Assembly (NCBI GenBank): GCA_040954595.2
Contig: JBECUI020000025.1
Location: 1 to 64,000, forward strand
Reading direction: 5' to 3'
Source: Balanoglossus misakiensis
Taxonomy: Eukaryota > Animalia > Hemichordata
Length of the DNA stretch: 64,000 nt
Shown here: piece after piece, positions 59,966 through 64,000 of the stretch
How positions within the stretch are numbered: the stretch's first letter is position 1
Layout: each line of letters begins with the position of its first letter
Made by a program: the position numbers and the translations under genes
Notes under the pieces: model-generated
What the model was told of the DNA's origin: nothing
The model's database searches: none
Seen by the model: the letters and a program-made list of their open reading frames with translations, nothing else

Positions 59966-60456
59966 TTACGGCGTACCTCAAACAATGGCGTTCCAAACTC
60001 GACCATATCGCCATTCTTTACAAGAATAGAAACAATTTCCATATCATACTCAGCTTCCAAATGATTCATAACCTTCATGGCTTCAATAATTGCAATTGTC
60101 CTTCCCTGCTGTACTTCCGCCCCCTCAGTAACAAAGGGAGGCGCATCAGGAGCCGGTGAACGATACAATGTTCCGACAATAGGGGAATTAATGATAACAA
60201 TAGACTCGTCTGCCGGCTCGGTTTGTTTGTTCACTTCGTGATGAAGTGGCTGCGTGTCCTGAGTTGCATGCGGTTCATGACTTGCATGCGGTTCATGACT
60301 TGCATGCACCCGCTCCTGCGTGGCAGGGTGCCCCTGTGGGGGATGAGACAGATGCTTCTTCATGCTCAGTTTGATGTCTTTTAGTTCTAACTCTAATTCA
60401 TCAATATTTGTCCGTGCAAACTTATCAAATAACTTGAATAATGACTTCATATCCAT
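59962..60456 (-). CDS. accB: Biotin carboxyl carrier protein
   Basis: SPIVGTLY and EAMKVMN biotinylation motif; ATG at 60456 after AAGGAG. Confidence 0.96.
   Translation of the reverse strand: MDMKSLFKLFDKFARTNIDELELELKDIKLSMKKHLSHPPQGHPATQERVHASHEPHASHEPHATQDTQPLHHEVNKQTEPADESIVIINSPIVGTLYRSPAPDAPPFVTEGAEVQQGRTIAIIEAMKVMNHLEAEYDMEIVSILVKNGDMVEFGTPLFEVRRK
60264..60307. repeat. 18-bp tandem repeat (about 2.4 copies) in the BCCP linker
   Basis: TTGCATGCGGTTCATGAC twice plus a partial copy; encodes HASHEP repeats. Confidence 0.9.
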
Positions 60457-60601
60457 ATTAAACTCCTTACTTGTACACGTGAGTATAACAATAAAACAAA
60501 AAAACAAAAAGAAGCCTTTACATAAAGCCTTGTACAAAAATATTATTTTATGTTATTCTATATTCACGCGGTACTACATTGCCATGAAGTAGAGAATATG
60601 T

Positions 60602-61021
60602 ATGAGAAACATAGAGATGCTTTTGCCACATCGTCCCCCCTTTCTGTTGGTCGACGCCCTTGAAAGCGTCAATGATGAACGAATTGTTGGCTATAAAACC
60701 TACACCGAAAACGAATATTTCTTCCCTGGACATTTTCCGGACTATGCAATCGTTCCGGGTGTGATACTCGTTGAAACAATGGCACAATGCGGGGGTGCCG
60801 GAGTGCGACAACAAGGTGTACTTGGCGATGCACTGTTCTTTCTTGCGTCAATTGAAAAAGCAAAATTTAGAAAACCTGTGCGCCCCAACGACAAGGTGCG
60901 ACTGGAAATAGAAAACGTTAAAGTAACACCACGGCTAATTAGACAACGTGGGAAAGCATATATTGGCTCGGCTGTCGTTGCCGAAGCAGAATGGCTGTGT
61001 CTTGTACAGTCTAATACATAG
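60602..61021 (+). CDS. fabZ: 3-hydroxyacyl-ACP dehydratase
   Basis: LPHRPPFLLVD, FFPGHFP..PGVILVE.MAQ and KFRKPVRP motifs. Confidence 0.96.
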   Translation: MRNIEMLLPHRPPFLLVDALESVNDERIVGYKTYTENEYFFPGHFPDYAIVPGVILVETMAQCGGAGVRQQGVLGDALFFLASIEKAKFRKPVRPNDKVRLEIENVKVTPRLIRQRGKAYIGSAVVAEAEWLCLVQSNT

Positions 61022-61032
61022 GAGTACGTACG

Positions 61033-62925
61033 ATGAAAAACCTTATTGAACAATTACGAAAAATAGCAGATGATAATGCACCTGCGTTGCTAGTAAAGGA
61101 CGCCAATGATTCATTCCGTCCGATTCTTTTTTCCCAGCTTTGGAAGACCGTAGACAAGGTTGCCATGGCATTACTGGCTTTAGGTGTAAAAAAGGGCACA
61201 CATGTCGGTATTATGAGCGATAATAGACCGGAATGGTTATACACTGACCTTGCACTTCTATCCATTGGTGCCTGCGATGTGCCACGTGGATCCGATATTA
61301 CCCCAATGGAAATGCATTATATCCTTGATCATTCAGATAGCACTATCTGTTTTGCCGAGGGACCCGCTCAATGTAATATAATACTGCAAAAGCCACTGGC
61401 TAAACTAAAAACTATTATCCTTTTTGATGATTATCCGACAGTGTCCGATCGTCCCAAAAAGCATAATATAAGCATCATATCATTTAAGGATCTCTTTGCA
61501 CCGGATACCAAACGGGCTACAGCAGAAGAGTTACAGGCAGCACAGGCACTACCTAATGAAAACGATACTGCAACAATAATATATACCGCCGGCACAACCG
61601 ATATACCGAAGGGTGTTATGCTGTCGCATAAAAACCTTCTTTTTGAACTTGAACGCCTGGCGCCTCTTGGTCACGTGCTGAAGCATGATGTTATGTTATC
61701 AATCCTACCAATTTGGCATGTATTCGAACGTATAGCAACCTATCTTGGCTTGTATAGGAGTGCTACGATTGTACACTCCAAGCCTATTGCAAAAATTATG
61801 TTACAGGATATGGCAACTGTAAAACCACAAATACTCGCATCTGTGCCCCGTGTTTGGGAAAACGTTCAAAAGGGTGTGTACCGCAATATTTCACAACAAG
61901 GTGGCATAAAGGCAGCACTCTTTCATTTTTTTGTGGGTGTCGGAACTATTGTTGCCAAGCTAAAGAACATACTATTTAAAAAAAATCCACATTTCAAAAA
62001 GCGTATATCATTCTTTGACTATATTCTGCCTATTATTCCGCTTGCAGTCCTTCTCCCCCTCTACTGGCTAGGGGGACTTCTGGTCTTCTCAAAACTAAAG
62101 AAACGGCTGGGAGGAAATTTTCGAGCTGGGATATCCGGGGGTGCTTCTCTTCCCAAACACGTATCCGAATTTTTTCAGGCAGTAGGGATAAAGCTCTTCG
62201 AAGGATACGGCATGACCGAAACAGCACCTGTTATTGCCCTATCATCGCCCAGTTCAGGGCATATATACGATACGGTTGGAAATTTTTTGCCGGATATAGA
62301 GTACAAAATTCTTGACGCCAATAATAAAGAGGTTGCTCTAACAGAAGCGGGAGTACTACATATTAAGAGTGATCAAGTTATGCAGGGATACTACAACAAC
62401 CCCGAATTAACCAATAAGATAATAGACAGTGATGGATTTCTAAACACAGGCGATCTCGTCAGACAATGCTATCAGGGTGCCATACAGATTATTGGAAGAA
62501 GTAAAGATACTATTGTATTACTTAGTGGTGAAAACGTTGAACCGGAACCAATAGAAGAAAAAATATGTACCTCATGGTACATTGATAATGCCATCATACT
62601 TGGTAATGAAAGAAAATATCTTGCTGCCTTAATTGTACCCAACGAAGATAAATTGCAAGAATGGGCACAGAAAAAAAATATACCCTATACCGATTACAAA
62701 ACAATGTCTCAGAATCCGGATTTCAAGAATGTACTTATGAAGGAAATCCAGAATCGGATAAATGTACATACCGGATACCAAGAATCCCAAAAGATATTTC
62801 GTATTGCTGTGTTATCCGCTCCATTCGAGGTAGACAAAGAAATATCAAAAACTATGAAATTAAAACGGTTTGAAATTAATAAAATATACAAGAAAGAGAT
62901 TGAATCTCTGTTTACTATTGGGTAA
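61033..62925 (+). CDS. fadD: Long-chain fatty-acid-CoA ligase (AMP-binding)
   Basis: YTAGTTDIPKG, LPIWHVFER, EGYGMTET, TGD and GRSKD..GENVEPEPIE motifs. Confidence 0.88.
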   Translation: MKNLIEQLRKIADDNAPALLVKDANDSFRPILFSQLWKTVDKVAMALLALGVKKGTHVGIMSDNRPEWLYTDLALLSIGACDVPRGSDITPMEMHYILDHSDSTICFAEGPAQCNIILQKPLAKLKTIILFDDYPTVSDRPKKHNISIISFKDLFAPDTKRATAEELQAAQALPNENDTATIIYTAGTTDIPKGVMLSHKNLLFELERLAPLGHVLKHDVMLSILPIWHVFERIATYLGLYRSATIVHSKPIAKIMLQDMATVKPQILASVPRVWENVQKGVYRNISQQGGIKAALFHFFVGVGTIVAKLKNILFKKNPHFKKRISFFDYILPIIPLAVLLPLYWLGGLLVFSKLKKRLGGNFRAGISGGASLPKHVSEFFQAVGIKLFEGYGMTETAPVIALSSPSSGHIYDTVGNFLPDIEYKILDANNKEVALTEAGVLHIKSDQVMQGYYNNPELTNKIIDSDGFLNTGDLVRQCYQGAIQIIGRSKDTIVLLSGENVEPEPIEEKICTSWYIDNAIILGNERKYLAALIVPNEDKLQEWAQKKNIPYTDYKTMSQNPDFKNVLMKEIQNRINVHTGYQESQKIFRIAVLSAPFEVDKEISKTMKLKRFEINKIYKKEIESLFTIG

Positions 62926-64000
62926 ACTCAGCACGAATCATAGTGCCCGTCTTAAAAAAAGCATCCGTAAATCCCTCTGACCATATCTTATATAGGGCAA
63001 GACCTATTTCGTCATTGCTTAGAGGTCCGACATACACCCGGTAGAGTTTTTTATCGGGTGTTGGAATAATAAAAGCATTGTAATTGCCAAGATTGCTCAG
63101 TATGTTCCTTGCAAATAATTCCTGACTCACAGCCGCTACCTGTACGTAATAGTAGTTATTCTGTATATCCGGAAGAACAGGAGACGGTTCTTTTTCTGCC
63201 AACTCAATGGGGGCAACTTCTGCTTCTTCCTCAACGAGTTCTGCCTCTTCCACTGGTGGTACTAGCGGTGCTGCTTCTTCCTCAACGAGTTCTGCCTCTT
63301 CCACTGGTGGTACTAGCGGTGCGGCTTCTTCCTCAACGAGTTCTATATCTTCCACTGGTACTAGCGGTGCGGCTTCTTCCTCAACGAGTTCTATATCTTC
63401 CACTGGTACTAGCGGTGCGGCTTCTTCCTCAACGAGTTCTATATCTTCCACTGGTACTAGCGGTGTTGCTTCTTCCTCAACGAGTGCCGGCTTTTCTACG
63501 AGTTCAGCAGGTACTACTGATTCCTCAACGAGTTCTACCGGAATTTCTACTCCCTTCTCTATTAATTCCGTCGATGCAACAGGAAGAATCGGCAGGAGCA
63601 AATCAATGCTTGGATCCAAGGGGAGATCCACCACAAAAGGATCTATTTCAACGGATTCTTCTTCTGTCAAAGCCAGCAGTGGTTCAATCAATTGCATATC
63701 AAAGAGATCATCACCCTCGCTCGTATCTGCAATATCATATTCATTGAATATCCCCGTATTCATGCTTTCTTCCAGTGTTTTCGGCAATTCAGCAAGCATA
63801 AACTCATCAATTTTTTCTTCCTGAGGTATCGTTTCCAGAGATTTCTCGTCAAACACTAATGCTTCTGCACTTTCAGCTATGACCGGGGATTCGATGGGAG
63901 GCTCTGGTTCTGCTACAATTTCCTGTGCATGCAATACTTCCGGCTCACTGAGTGAAAACTCAGAATCAATCAGAGGTGTGGGAGCATCTGCAAAAGAGTC
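62915..64000 (-). CDS. SPOR-domain protein with an acidic Pro/Glu/Val repeat linker (5' end outside the window)
   Basis: C-terminal YYVQVAAV..LYRVYVGPL..GFTDAF; the frame is open to the window edge. Confidence 0.8.
   Translation of the reverse strand, partial: DSFADAPTPLIDSEFSLSEPEVLHAQEIVAEPEPPIESPVIAESAEALVFDEKSLETIPQEEKIDEFMLAELPKTLEESMNTGIFNEYDIADTSEGDDLFDMQLIEPLLALTEEESVEIDPFVVDLPLDPSIDLLLPILPVASTELIEKGVEIPVELVEESVVPAELVEKPALVEEEATPLVPVEDIELVEEEAAPLVPVEDIELVEEEAAPLVPVEDIELVEEEAAPLVPPVEEAELVEEEAAPLVPPVEEAELVEEEAEVAPIELAEKEPSPVLPDIQNNYYYVQVAAVSQELFARNILSNLGNYNAFIIPTPDKKLYRVYVGPLSNDEIGLALYKIWSEGFTDAFFKTGTMIRAEFTQ
63222..63485. repeat. Coding tandem repeat: 2 x 51 bp plus 3 x 48 bp units
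   Basis: Anchor GCTTCTTCCTCAACGAGT at 63222, 63273, 63324, 63372, 63420 and 63468. Confidence 0.95.

Noticed and set aside
63222-63485. Possible CRISPR array (regular repeats about 50 bp apart)
   Set aside because: The intervening sequences are themselves near-identical, unit lengths are multiples of 3 inside an ORF, and there are no cas genes.
63109-63824. Two plus-strand ORFs of more than 200 aa (one Ser-rich, one Leu/Pro-rich)
   Set aside because: Antisense shadows of the Glu/Pro-rich repeat; the minus-strand frame has the recognisable SPOR domain.

Overview
Core-genome segment of a spirochete (Spirochaetales). Evidence: 16S signature GGCAGCAGCTAAGAATCTTCCGC, the collar gene flbB, and a Borrelia-like contiguous dcw-hslVU-flagellar gene order. 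Every gene from about 50.8 kb down to position 1 is on the minus strand: tyrA-bactofilin-TPR; a FadL/TraF-like barrel; tRNA-Lys, tRNA-Glu, upp, TPR lipoprotein; a 16S rRNA plus tRNA-Ile with no 23S behind it; DegT-like, nadK, recN and three poorly characterised genes; mraZ..ftsZ; xerD-deoC-TPR-dprA-xerC-hslVU; and the whole flgB..flhG cluster. The right-hand 13 kb holds dapBA, an orphan SDR, comEC, CPBP-TlpA-CcdA, accBCDA, fabZ, a fatty-acyl-CoA ligase and a repeat-containing SPOR protein. I found no mobile element, CRISPR array or clear defence system. Roughly twenty single-base frameshifts in 1-8.2 kb, plus two in ftsW, look like long-read indel errors rather than true pseudogenes. The most interesting observations are: (1) the upp start codon lies 1 nt after the tRNA-Glu discriminator, and its only SD-like motif is inside the tRNA acceptor stem; (2) FlgE has Ser instead of Cys at the lysinoalanine cross-link position; (3) the unlinked 16S runs directly into protein-coding genes; (4) there are internal sigma70 promoters, one with a palindrome, inside the flagellar cluster; (5) two apparent pseudo-enzymes (DegT-like and M23-like) lie upstream of the dcw cluster. 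All calls come from reading motifs by eye; no database search was run.
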